DNA of 64,000 nucleotides from Antedon mediterranea (lineage: Eukaryota; Animalia; Echinodermata), in assembly GCF_964355755.1 (NCBI RefSeq), contig NC_092674.1, positions 18,600,001 to 18,664,000 on the forward strand, in the 5' to 3' direction. This document shows positions 53,701 through 64,000 of this stretch, one piece after another. The position numbers were made by a program, and so were the translations under genes. Positions within the stretch are counted from its first letter, which is position 1; the number at the start of each line of letters is the position of its first letter. Under the pieces are notes generated by a model, which was given only the letters and a program-made list of their open reading frames with translations, searched no databases and was not told the DNA's origin.

Positions 53701-56700
53701 TATTACTGACAATTTATTCAATATTCGTAATCCACAACGTGTTACTCGTACTCTTTTTGATATTCGTCACTGCAGAACTGAATCTTCTTTTCAATCATAT
53801 ATCCCACGTTATCAAATCAAATCAAATCCATTTATTGCAACAAAGTAAACATTGTTGAATTTACAATTCAAAAATAAATAAGATAAAACACAAGTAAATA
53901 TTACAATATAAAATTACATTAAAATATGAAACAACTTGTACGGCAATTTGGAATAACTTACCCGGTGAAATTCGCAACTTAGATATTTCTGTTAGTTCTT
54001 TTAAAACCAAATTATTAAATTATCTCAATATTTAATTTTAAAATAATTTTGATATTAAAAATGTGTGTAGTTGGTCGCTTTTTTGTAAATGTTTAAATTG
54101 TAGAACGTAATTATTTATTTCTTTTTTGTGCTCTGTTTTGGGTTGACCAACTAGCAGGTGTTTAGCACCTGTTTGGTCTTTCCTTGCCCCCATTTATAAT
54201 TGTTTTGTTTTCTTTTATTGTATATGGCAGAAAATTGAATAAATAAACAAAAATAAAAAAACAACAAAAACAATTTTCATTCAAACTTGGCATAGTGTAG
54301 GTAAGCTTCATATCAAAGGTCAACTCCCTGCAAGTTACATGTTATCTAATCCATTTAACGCACATTTCAGACCATTTCAAGCTTGTACAATATTTGTTTG
54401 TGTCATGTGCACACATTTGTTGCATGATAGAAAGATCGTTTTTACACTTAATTTTAACTTTAAAAATCATGCACTCTCCAATGGTTAATTTAATGCAAAT
54501 TTTTGAAAAAAATCAATTATAACCCTACAGTTTTTTTAGCTTTTTATGAAACCTAATGAGCTGTAAATGAGATTAAGGATATCGCGACATGCGCTCGTCG
54601 TACAGCCGTCGCCGTAAATTACTGTGACATCACAGGTGCATCGCAAACTCTACTAAATGAGTTTTCACTGTTGTTCCCATACAAGAGACAGGTACCGTCA
54701 CTTCAATTGCTAATTTGACCTGTATTAGGCTTAAATTTGCCAAAATATTTAGTCTGGTATTTTGAAGAAACACTTTAATAGTTTACATTCAATACAAATT
54801 CAACTAACGTATTTAATCAAATAAACGCCATGCTTTGAATAAACGTCCCCTCGTTGATACTTGTCTGACGATACAAATTGGATGAAAACAAGTTGGCCCA
54901 CTTCACTGAGGTTCACCGGTCGCACGAGTGCCGTAGCCGTAGTGGGAAAATTTCATTTTTGTTATTAATATGTCTTTGAATTTAAAACAATACGACGTTA
55001 CGATGTTTCATTTGATTAATTCACAATGTGGCCGTATAATATTTTTATTGCATTTATCTCTTCGTCTCATATATGTATCATTTTACAACCAACAAAATTA
55101 ACACACCCCTAGAATAAACGTCCCCTAAAACCATCCTGAACAATAACAAATAAATATGGCAAACATATTGAAATCAATACATGTGCATCTTGTAAACACT
55201 ACTCTAAAGGCCCTACACCTCCAGGCATTTCCTTCCTCCTAGACATTCACAATAAACTATTTTTATATTAAATAATCACCACTAACCCTTTAGATGAAAA
55301 TGTACAATCAATATCCAGTAAATAACAACAGTAGCATGTGTCAGCCGGTACTTCTGCAGTGCATATTGTTGTCCCTACTGTACATTCCACACGGGTCTTA
55401 TTTGCTGAATAACTGCATTGGTCTACATCCACATCCTGTATTGGGAAAACAGATTTTGTGAGCAAGAAATATTTTTCATCTTTACTTTACATCATTGCCA
55501 TCACCATCATCTATGATTCTAAACACCAAACCCTGATATACACACACATCATATCATTATTATCGTGATGATTTAACACAATTAAGGGTTTTTACGCCTT
55601 CTCCGATCCGGCTCCAGTTTAGGTTCATGTCAGATTGCACTACAGCAGGTTTGTGAAAACGAAATATTGAGATGCAATTTTAGGAAGCTTTTGATTTGCG
55701 TCGACTGATGACCAAAGTATGTTTATTTACCGTGCGTATACAGGAATATTAGGATACAATTATCTCAACATCCTTTTGGTGGTTTCTAAGCTCAGACGAC
55801 CTGATTGACTTGACCTAAGTGGGTCACCTTGATTCTAAACACTGGTGTCAACATACCCTATCACCAATCATTACCCTAAAAACCACAATTATTGCATTCA
55901 TCATAATATGGTGATTTTAAAAGGCTATGCGAGCATTTTAGCGTAATCATGTAATAATGGTGTTTTATGTTACATGGTTATGAGTTGTAGTTATGTGGTT
56001 TGAACATAGCTACTGTAACATCATTATGTGCGGCTAAAGTTTGATCAAGATTTTAATGTAAAATGAAGTGTCTTGTGCGTTATAAAGGGAAAACCCCAGG
56101 CTGTACTGAATTTTTATGTGATTGGATCATCAGCACAATATTCACCCTAAACAAGATACAATGCGAATTCCGGGTACCTACAGATCCGGTCCCGGGATCC
56201 GGATTTTAGGCAGAGAAATAAGAAGTTTTGGGAACGCTGTTCTCACAGTAATTCTAAGAGAAAATAGGATTTTAAATCAGGTACGCCGACAAACGCATTA
56301 CATTTAAAAACAAATTGTATCTGTGACTGGCTGATCAAACCATGTTTTGTTTAGTAATGTAAGGTTTAGTACAGTATAGGTTTTACATTATATTCCCCGA
56401 CAAAAAGTACCCCACCTGGCACCACCACTACAAAACATAATGAAAACAAGTAAATACTAACATCAGCTGCTGCCGCTGCAACTCCATCGATGATAGCACC
56501 ACAAATACACATCAATATGCTGAGCACAATGAATCGCACACCCCATTGCATGAAGCTGCGTCCCTCTTTCTTGTAGTAAACACCTACTAAGCCAATGCAA
56601 ACACCTAATATTGCCTGAAATTTCAAACATAGCAAAGTATTGTTAAAATGAAATGACAAATAATGTCTTGCCTTACCTCGGCTTTATTATCGGATGTGCC

Positions 56701-59700
56701 CTCCTCAAACTTCTGCCATTCCTTTCTGTCCTGTGCTGTCCTAGCCCAAGTTATACCTGTGTAGGATATGTTGTCGTCCCTCCATCTGCATTTTTGTCTT
56801 CCCCTTTTCTTCTTTCTATATGACCTCCCATCGCAATTTGGCTTCTTTTACTTTGTTCCTTATATCTTTGAATTTGGTGAATTTTGTGTTTTAATTTTTT
56901 CTTGTAATGTGACCTTAAACATTTGTCTCTCCATCGCTCTTTGTGCAGTGATGAGATTTTGTTCTATAAACTTAGTTGTAGTCCAGGGTTCACATCCGTA
57001 GGTCATTGTATAAGCATACACACGTTGAAAATCCGCCTTTTGTGCACTATTGGGGTTTTCTTGTCGCATAAGATGTCTCTATATCTGCCGAAGCAGTTCC
57101 AGGGAGCCTTTTCTCTGATGAGAACTACATCTCTTGTGTTGTCAACCATTGTTAAAGGTTGGCCCAACAGATACCTCTAATTATCAACTTGTTCAATCTT
57201 TTAATTTTTAATCTCTATGGATGCACACATTTGTCATATATTTTGTTTTTCCTTTTTTTTTTAAGCCAATCTTCTTACTCTCTGTTTGGATAATTTAACT
57301 GAGGTTTCATGTCTTCGATATCATCCGCAAATCTCAGGTCAGTTAACTTTTCTTCGTCGATGTTGATTCCAGATTCAGATTCTTCTAGGGCGGTGGTGAA
57401 GATTTTGGGTGATATTGTGTCTCCTTGTCTAAAACCTCTATTTATGTGGATGGAATGGGATATATCTTTGTTGAGGTGAATTGTTGCGGTAGTGTTTGTA
57501 TAAATGTCTGAACATAGCCTTCATTCACTCCGGTTTTTGGACACTCAGCATGTTCTACCGAGTCAAATGTGAGGGCGTGTGGCGCAGTGTGTTCGGCGTT
57601 GGACTACCGATCGTCAGACCTAGGTTCAAATCCAACTCTCGCCACATTGCTTGTATCCGTAGGCAAGATACTTTACTTACGTTGCCTCTCTCCACCCAGG
57701 TGTATAAATGGGTACCCTATAGATCTAGACACAACTTTGCTGGTTACCGGCTGCATTATGGGAGTATGTTTCCATACGTGTTTGATCCAACAAAAATACT
57801 GTAAAGCGCCTTTGAGCATGATTACTCATGAAAAGGGCGCTATATAAATGTGGTATTATTATTATTATTATAAATGCTTTTTCATAATCTATGAAACCTA
57901 CACATAGATTGTTGGTTTTTATCTAGAATATGTATGAAATAAAAATGTGTTTAATATCTATTAAAACAATAAATGGCTAGGCTCACACAGGTCAATTGCC
58001 AAGTCGCCATGGGCGAAAACGTTTCCAGATTGGTGAAAAATAAAACGGCTTACCATTTTGGCAACGAAATATGATAAAATAAATAATCAAATCATCATTT
58101 TGTCCAACAAAAATGTCCACATTATTTTGTTCGTTATCATGTTGCTTAATTCAAGCTCCATTTTTCGCCATCTTGCCTCATTGTACCAGGCATCTCTTTG
58201 TTATTTCAATATGATGGAGGTAGCAGAGATGGTAGACTACACACAGAGAGAGCGACATATAGTATCTTCAATGAATGACATCTCAGTGAAATCAAATAGG
58301 TATGCATTATGCATTTTAGACGCTGTGTTTCACATTTGACTCTTCTTAATATACTTTCCTAGTACGTGTGAGTAGAGTAAACAAAACAACATTGGGAAAT
58401 GGTAGAGTCTATCTAACAGCGATGGGATGAGATGGTAGTTTCCCCAGTAACAGAAAGTGGTGAACACTTTTTACATAATAGCCATAATGGCGAGGTATAT
58501 GTAATACTCTGTGTTGTGGTCTAGTATGTACGTTCAACGATACCAATGTTTATTTGTTAGTTTCTCAACAATATTTGAAGCATACGACGCATGTGCCTAC
58601 ACATGCTTTTCGTGTTACGGAAGTCATCAGAGCAGAGATGACAAACACCAGTCAAGTGTAAAACAAAATAAAGTAGCGTGTACATTACAGGGGATTTCAG
58701 GAAAAAATTCACTGTACAATGTTCTTAAAAATTACATCATTGTATAAATTTGAAACAATTTAAACAATTGTTAAAATGTCAATTTTTAATTAATGTTTTG
58801 GATAAAGACCGATTCATTTGGCTAAATAAACAAATTGGACCATTTTTGCTATAAACTAAATTGACTAAAACAAAATATTTTGATTTAAATTAAATGTTAG
58901 TGCTAGCACACAATAGTGTTAAATAACTATGAAAAATGCATGAACTATTGTACTTACACCAATTGATGACCAGAATGCTCCTACATAATAGTTAATGACC
59001 ATAAAGTACAAATACATGCCAATGGCAAACTCTAATGATGACGAAATAAAAAGAAGTACACTCATCCATATAGCACACTTCTTTCGTCGTCCATATTCTG
59101 TACAAAAAACAACAAAAAGAAACTTGAAACTAATTTAAGAATACATTCTAGGCAAAAAAAATTGATTTAAAAAAAATGGAATGAACAAAAATGAAATGAA
59201 CAAAAATGGTACAGTTAATAGTGGTCAATTTTTATCTGACTTCCATGTGACACATTGACATGATGGTATTATGATACATTGTTCCCTTCTGCTACAGCAA
59301 GCACACTACCGGTCACTTTCTCACACTGCTCAGTTAAAAGAAGATTCTTTATACAAGATCATGATGCATCCTATATTATACAAATAATGATGTAATGAAT
59401 GAGTGTAATGATACAACAAGAAATATTTCTTACAAAAAACGCTGATCAACTTTTTGATGTAACAGTTTTTACATTACGGTAAATGATGCTTTTTTAATAG
59501 ATATTCTATTTAAGAAATAATGATATATTATCTGAAAAGCTCTATTTAATCATAAATCAGGGCCTATCGGTATTAAATACCTAACTGTTTTGAGGATGTA
59601 TATTATGATTGGATTCAGTTTTCCTTCTGTAGTTGATTTTGCTTATCAATCAATTAATTAAATCTGCAATCAAACAATCCATGGCCTACTGATGTACTGA

Positions 59701-61326
59701 GAACAAAAATATCATCTTAAACTATTAAACTATGAATACCGTTCATATTCCAGGGTGGGGGCGTTATACTCCCTAATGTCGTAATACCCACAACCCCAAC
59801 ATTCCAATCAAATAATTTTTCATCTATACACACCAGGGGCAGATTGCAATATAAAGACCTAGGCTTAAACTTAAGCCTGACTTTAATCAAAGACCTAAGA
59901 CCTCGAGAAAGTCTCAGTTAAGCCTACCGAAAGCCTACTGCAATATCATGGTCTTAACTGAGACTTTATTAGTAAAGAATTTTAAACAATTAAACCGGCC
60001 TATAGTTATCGACAAAATAGAGCGCTAGATACAAATAAGTGCAAATAGAGTACTTTAACAATAAGGAGGAGCGACAACCTCCTCAGTAGGACATATTGCG
60101 GCCATTTTAATGAATGAATGAATGAATGGACACACTGCCTATTCAATATTGTTAAGATTACGTAAATACTAAGAGATTTTCGCAAATAATTACAAATATT
60201 GGCAACAAAATTGTATGTAATTTGGTAGTAAATATTGGTTAATTAATATGTTTGAAGTTTACAAACAAATAAATTTTAATTTTTTTATATGTAGTCTTTT
60301 CTTGATGAAAATAGTGTAGCACTAGGCCGCGTATGGAGAATATGCTGTTCAGCTTGTTGGTGCGGTTGTGGACCGCTAATATCGTCAGGTAGATGTAGGC
60401 ATAATATAGGTTTTATCTATTGAAACAATTGGTAAAAAAATAATAATACACATGTCTTATAGTTCAATACCCCTTTTCTACACTAGTATCATAACATCAA
60501 TGCACACTGTTATTTTTGTTATTATTATAAAATTAATTAGCTGAGTTTGTTTCATAAACATCAAATTAAACACTGAAGTAAAGATTTAAGAATTTATTTT
60601 ACTAAAAAAGAAAATAGTACTGTAAGTCTTCACTATGTGAAAATTATGAACAATAGGGAGGTTTCGCAATCTTACGAATACGATAACGAAAACGGATACG
60701 TCATATATTTGTGAAACTTTTGAGCTGATCCCCATTTCATATTCGTAAAGCGTATTCGTGTTGACGAATATCCCCAGTCATATTCGTAACTACAAAACGA
60801 GTATAGTTTTTGATCTATTTTGCACATTTTGCATTTGAATCAGGAATGATTCATGATTATAATATAATACTAGATTTATTGAAAGTAATTTACTAAGTAA
60901 TTTACTAAAATGCCAAGTCAATTTTGATAAATAGCAGTTTTTAAAGTCCTCACTCGCTTTGATGTTACGCTAGGCCTAGGCAGCCAAGCACCAAGCAACA
61001 CGTACCTGCGCTTCGCTCAAATTTACCGCAGTCATATTTTGAACGCGCCTCAATATTTCGTTGCCATGCGAAACAGATTTTTTTATGGCTTACGAAAACG
61101 AATACGTGTGCGTGACGTATCCGTTTTCGTTATCGTATTCGTAAGATTGCGAAACCTCTCTATTAACTTGTTATTAATTCTGATATCAAGGATAATGCTT
61201 CAGAGGTGTAAATTGTCAATGCACAATAAACTGTTAATAACTATGGTAAACACACTGTACCTGGAGTACGCTGCTCAATCCTCACAGGAACTGTTGTTTG
61301 TTGCATTTCAACTGTTTCAATCTCAT
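47429..61326 (-). CDS. TMEM255: TMEM255/FAM70-like four-transmembrane protein (multi-exon)
   Basis: Phase-consistent exons 61326-61261, 59097-58958, 56614-56462, 55435-55287, 48271-48118, 47728-47429. Motifs RRKK-TM1, VGAFW, CICGAIIDGV, TCYCCYL, VSSC...LLW...LLGLITAA.ISGF and a Pro/Gln/Tyr-rich tail with PPPPY parallel TMEM255 as I recall it (CCAIVDGV, TCFCCDL, VSSCQD, LGIITAAVLGGF). Start codon uncertain (candidate ATG at 61306-61304). Confidence 0.8.
48118..48271 (-). CDS. TMEM255-like exon (TM4)
   Basis: PKDVPTHIEGVSSCDGFVVYMWLLWISVGLCSLNTLLGLITAAQISGFNKT; ag/gtaagt boundaries. Confidence 0.85.
48456..49160. repeat. Minisatellite, 24-bp unit (aataaatgccacccatagaacata), ~29 copies
   Basis: direct reading; ends in the palindrome aataaatgccccggggcatttatt. 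Confidence 0.97.
49371..49524. mobile_element. Short MITE
   Basis: tggttcccactag ... ctagtgggaacca inverted ends; internal ttgaccaat / attggtcaa. Confidence 0.7.
49787..53250 (+). mobile_element. Helentron/DINE-1-like non-autonomous element (itself interrupted by a LINE)
   Basis: 5' subterminal taggtgatcattt; 3' hairpin taggtgatcattt-tattct-aaatgatcaccta; body homologous to 1-1070. Confidence 0.6.
51075..53015 (+). mobile_element. 5'-truncated Rex1/Babar-like LINE, relatively young
   Basis: KAPGPD, NDLRPVALTSVV.K, YDFSSAFNTIQPHLL, GAPQGTVLAPFLFTLYT, RFADDT; few disruptions; aataaa plus (atacttg) tail. Confidence 0.92.
55287..55435 (-). CDS. TMEM255-like exon (Cys-rich loop)
   Basis: DVDVDQCSYSANKTRVECTVGTTICTAEVPADTCYCCYLLDIDCTFSSK. 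Confidence 0.85.
56462..56614 (-). CDS. TMEM255-like exon (TM2-TM3)
   Basis: AILGVCIGLVGVYYKKEGRSFMQWGVRFIVLSILMCICGAIIDGVAAAAAD. Confidence 0.87.
56665..57925 (-). mobile_element. RTE-like LINE remnant interrupted by a SINE
   Basis: RGFRQGDTISPKIFT..LE, LRFADDI, MTYGCEPW, TAQRAMERQM, AQDRKEW motifs on the - strand. Confidence 0.8.
57570..57872 (+). mobile_element. tRNA-derived SINE
   Basis: A box tggcgcagtg, B box ggttcaaatcc, core cctctctccacccaggtgtataaatgggtacc, 3' ggcgctatataaat plus (tta)n tail. Confidence 0.85.
58958..59097 (-). CDS. TMEM255-like exon (TM1)
   Basis: YGRRKKCAIWMSVLLFISSSLEFAIGMYLYFMVINYYVGAFWSSIG; cag/gtaagt boundaries. Confidence 0.85.
60655..61162. mobile_element. 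MITE with ~50-bp near-perfect TIRs
   Basis: tagggaggtttcgcaatcttacgaatacgataacgaaaacggatacgtca and its reverse complement at 61113-61162. Confidence 0.85.
61261..61326 (-). CDS. TMEM255-like 5' exon (candidate)
   Basis: ttttatag acceptor, cag|gtacag donor; EIETVEMQQTTVPVRIEQRTP; phase 1 joins the next exon. Confidence 0.6.
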
Positions 61327-61890
61327 CTATAAAACATAAAACATTTTAATGTTATTCACAGGTAAATATGTCAGATGTCAAATTAATAGATTTTGTGCTA
61401 CTCTGTAAAAACTTACATTTTAATGCTATTTTAATGTTAACCACTCATCTCAGAACAGTGTCACTTCAAGGATTTATTTTTAGGGGAGCTCAAAATGAAA
61501 ATATTGAGTACTTGGACTGTAATTTAAATCCAACTTGTAGTAGCACATGCCTGTCCTATGTTATATCTAATATACAGTACCATCCAGAAAAGATGTACCC
61601 ATGCAGTTTTCCATGGACGAAATTCGGCCAAAACGTGGTTGACTAGGTAACGATAAGACAGCCCACATTCACTTAACCGTTAAGACATTGAGTAATTCAT
61701 TTTTTTTTAGTGAATTGTCTATGGGCTTTTATTTTGAACCTCTGGAAGGAAGGACGTTTTATGACAAAAGGCACAACGCCTGTCATTATTACGAAACAAT
61801 AACTATTAGGCTATTGAGGGCGTAGTCTAATAAAAGTCACGTGATATTTGATTTTGTCGATAGATGGCGGTATAAATTACGCAATATTTG

Positions 61891-62109
61891 ACTGCATGAC
61901 GATTGGTGTGTACTGCATGACGATTGGTGTGTACTGCATGACGATTGGTGTGTACTGCATGACCATTGGTGTGTACTGCATGACGATTGGTGTGTACTGC
62001 ATGACGATTGGTGTGTACTGCATGACGATTGGTGTGTACTGCATGACCATTGGTGTGTACTGCATGACCATTGGTGTGTACTGCATGACCATTGGTGTGT
62101 ACTGCATGA
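61891..62109. repeat. Minisatellite, 21-bp unit (actgcatgacSattggtgtgt) x~10
   Basis: direct reading. Confidence 0.95.
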
Positions 62110-63704
62110 TAAATGTGAACTGAAGGCAGAGGAGGCGTTCCATAGTTTTCTGCTTCTTTAAATTCAGTTTTTTTTGTGACGATCTGGCAATTCATTTCGA
62201 TTGTAAGTGGATACAATTATTTTGATTATTTGACAAAGGTATAAGTAATTAGAGATTTAACAATTTCCTGACGCTACGCAGAGAAATTTGTTTTAAGCAT
62301 CATGTCTAAGCCTGCTAAAACCACACCAATGGCAAGAAGGACAGCAATTGAGACCCTTGGCAACGGGCCAAACAAATCCAAGCCAAAACAACAACAAGAC
62401 GATGAATTAATTGCCACTGAAAGCGGTCACAATGTGGATGACTTAACAACCAAAAAAAAGGACGAAACTGATACCAATTATGTTCAAAGACAGCGATGCT
62501 TGTGATAGATCTGATGATTTTTTAAAACAAAGAAACTACAGTACAGATAAAAACTACTGCAACATTTGCCACGCGTAGGTAACGTAGTCAACGCGTGGCG
62601 GGTGCGTGGCGGTTGCGTGGCGTAGCATTCGTAGTGCGTAGGCTACGCGTAGCATTCGTAGCCTACGTTGTGATCAACTGTGTGTGGGAATTCCCCAAAC
62701 TCAACTGTGTACAAGTACATCGTCGACGGCTAAGCAGGCTACGAAAAGTTCGAATAAATAGAAATGATACGATTGTTACAATAATATCATCATCATTATT
62801 AAACATACTTGAAATTCAAATTTTTCTAAAGGAAATAGCAATTAAAATTGCTCAAAGCCTAGGCTAGACGCGAAAAGTCTAATTAACTAGGCCTACTGCT
62901 GACTGCTGTACATTCACCATCGCCGGCCAGGCAGTAGTGTACAAAATGAATTGATGACGGGCCGTTATTATGACTACCTTTCATAGTAATAGTAACTATT
63001 AGTAGTAGGCCTAAAATTGCAAGTTAATTTTTTATAAGTAATTAATACAGTACTCAGTATGTTTCATTTAAACAAAAAATATCCAGGTTTGAAACTTTCG
63101 TCGTAACTGTACATCAAACTCCATTAATATTAGCTATTGTAACAACCTGCAGCAGAGGATCGGTGTGGAGGGTCAAGTTACAGGTCGTTTAGAACATCGT
63201 CATCAGCAGAGAGGAGGAGGATCGGAGGACACATAACATGTGCTTGCCTGATCTTGTTGTTTTGTTTTTTTTTAGTCATGATGCGCGATAATAGTAGATA
63301 GTATTTAAATAAATGTTATTTTAGTTATAAATAAAAATAAATTATAATTAACATTTTAGGGTTAGGAAATATGCAAGACTTTATTTAATAAAAGTTGAAC
63401 TTCACTAAATTGAAGGTTAAAATCAAAACATAAAAGTACAGTTCAGAGAGAGTATCCATCCGCGGATCATAAACACGTGGATATAAACACACTGGGCGAA
63501 TGAATTACGAATGGAGTGATCCGTCTCGATTTCCGTTGGAACAAAAATAATATCGCATTGTATTCTATTATTTTGACATTTACAGTATTTAAACAATTCA
63601 TATTATCCCATAGTACTAAATAAGCGTAATATTTCATTTAAACGCATTTTTAAAACGAAACATCGTTCATTATATAGCCTAGTGAACAAACATAGTTCAG
63701 ACTG

Positions 63705-64000
63705 TATTTTATTTATTTATTTATTTTATGTCTTTAGGCACTGTGGCCAAGGATTACCAATAGTGAATTAATCACTGTCCTATCAGATAGGTGGTAATCC
63801 CCCTGATACAGAGGCTATTGTGTGAACCAGTTCACCGGGGTAACCCCCTACTCTTTTTCGAATAATGAACTGGGTTCTTTTAAGTACACACAGGTTATAA
63901 CTGTGTACACTGGACCTACGGTTTATAGTCCTTATCCGAGAAGACTTGTTCCACCACCAGAACTAGGAGCGAGTCGGCCTCGAACCCTTGCCGATGTTGT
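63705..64000 (-). mobile_element. tRNA-derived SINE (Meta-domain-like), truncated by the window end
   Basis: On the - strand: B box gggttcgag, core ctcggataaggactataaaccgtaggtcc...taaaagaacccag, (aaat)n tail. Confidence 0.7.

Larger units (their letters stand above)
49585..54260 (+). mobile_element. CR1/L2-like LINE 3' part, split by nested insertions
   Basis: PLMFILYINDMP...LYADDAKCYR (49585-49786) resumes at ~53251 (ISIT...NDLGIIIDSHLSWKSH...KANRMLGLVKR); aataaa/A-rich tail at ~54240. Confidence 0.8.

Noticed and set aside
57570-57650. tRNA gene
   Set aside because: A and B boxes are present but run into a SINE core and (tta)n tail; no proper acceptor stem.
61827-62867. Short ORFs near the window end as a third gene
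   Set aside because: They derive from a 21-bp repeat or probable transposon sequence; no recognisable domain or exon chain.

Overview
AT-rich, repeat-dense animal (invertebrate-type) genomic DNA with no prokaryotic features. The + strand carries the 3' half of a sodium leak channel gene (NALCN). I traced 20 phase-consistent GT-AG exons from the end of the DII-III linker through domains III and IV to the stop codon at 43889. Its domain III pore residue is glutamate (SLEGW) rather than the vertebrate lysine (SLKGW). Convergent with it on the - strand is a 6-exon TMEM255/FAM70-like four-TM gene with a PPxY-containing tail. The introns hold several insertions: a very young non-autonomous LTR element (524-bp LTRs, CAGC TSD, duplicated tRNA-Leu-type PBS), LINE remnants, SINEs, MITEs, Helentron/DINE-like elements and about ten tandem arrays. 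The most unusual observation is that several arrays have a traceable local seed. One amplifies a NALCN exon/5' splice-site junction with the GT changed to CT, one amplifies a transposon terminal inverted repeat, and one is a 59-fold perfect amplification from inside a LINE ORF. All comparisons were made by eye or from memory; no searches were run.
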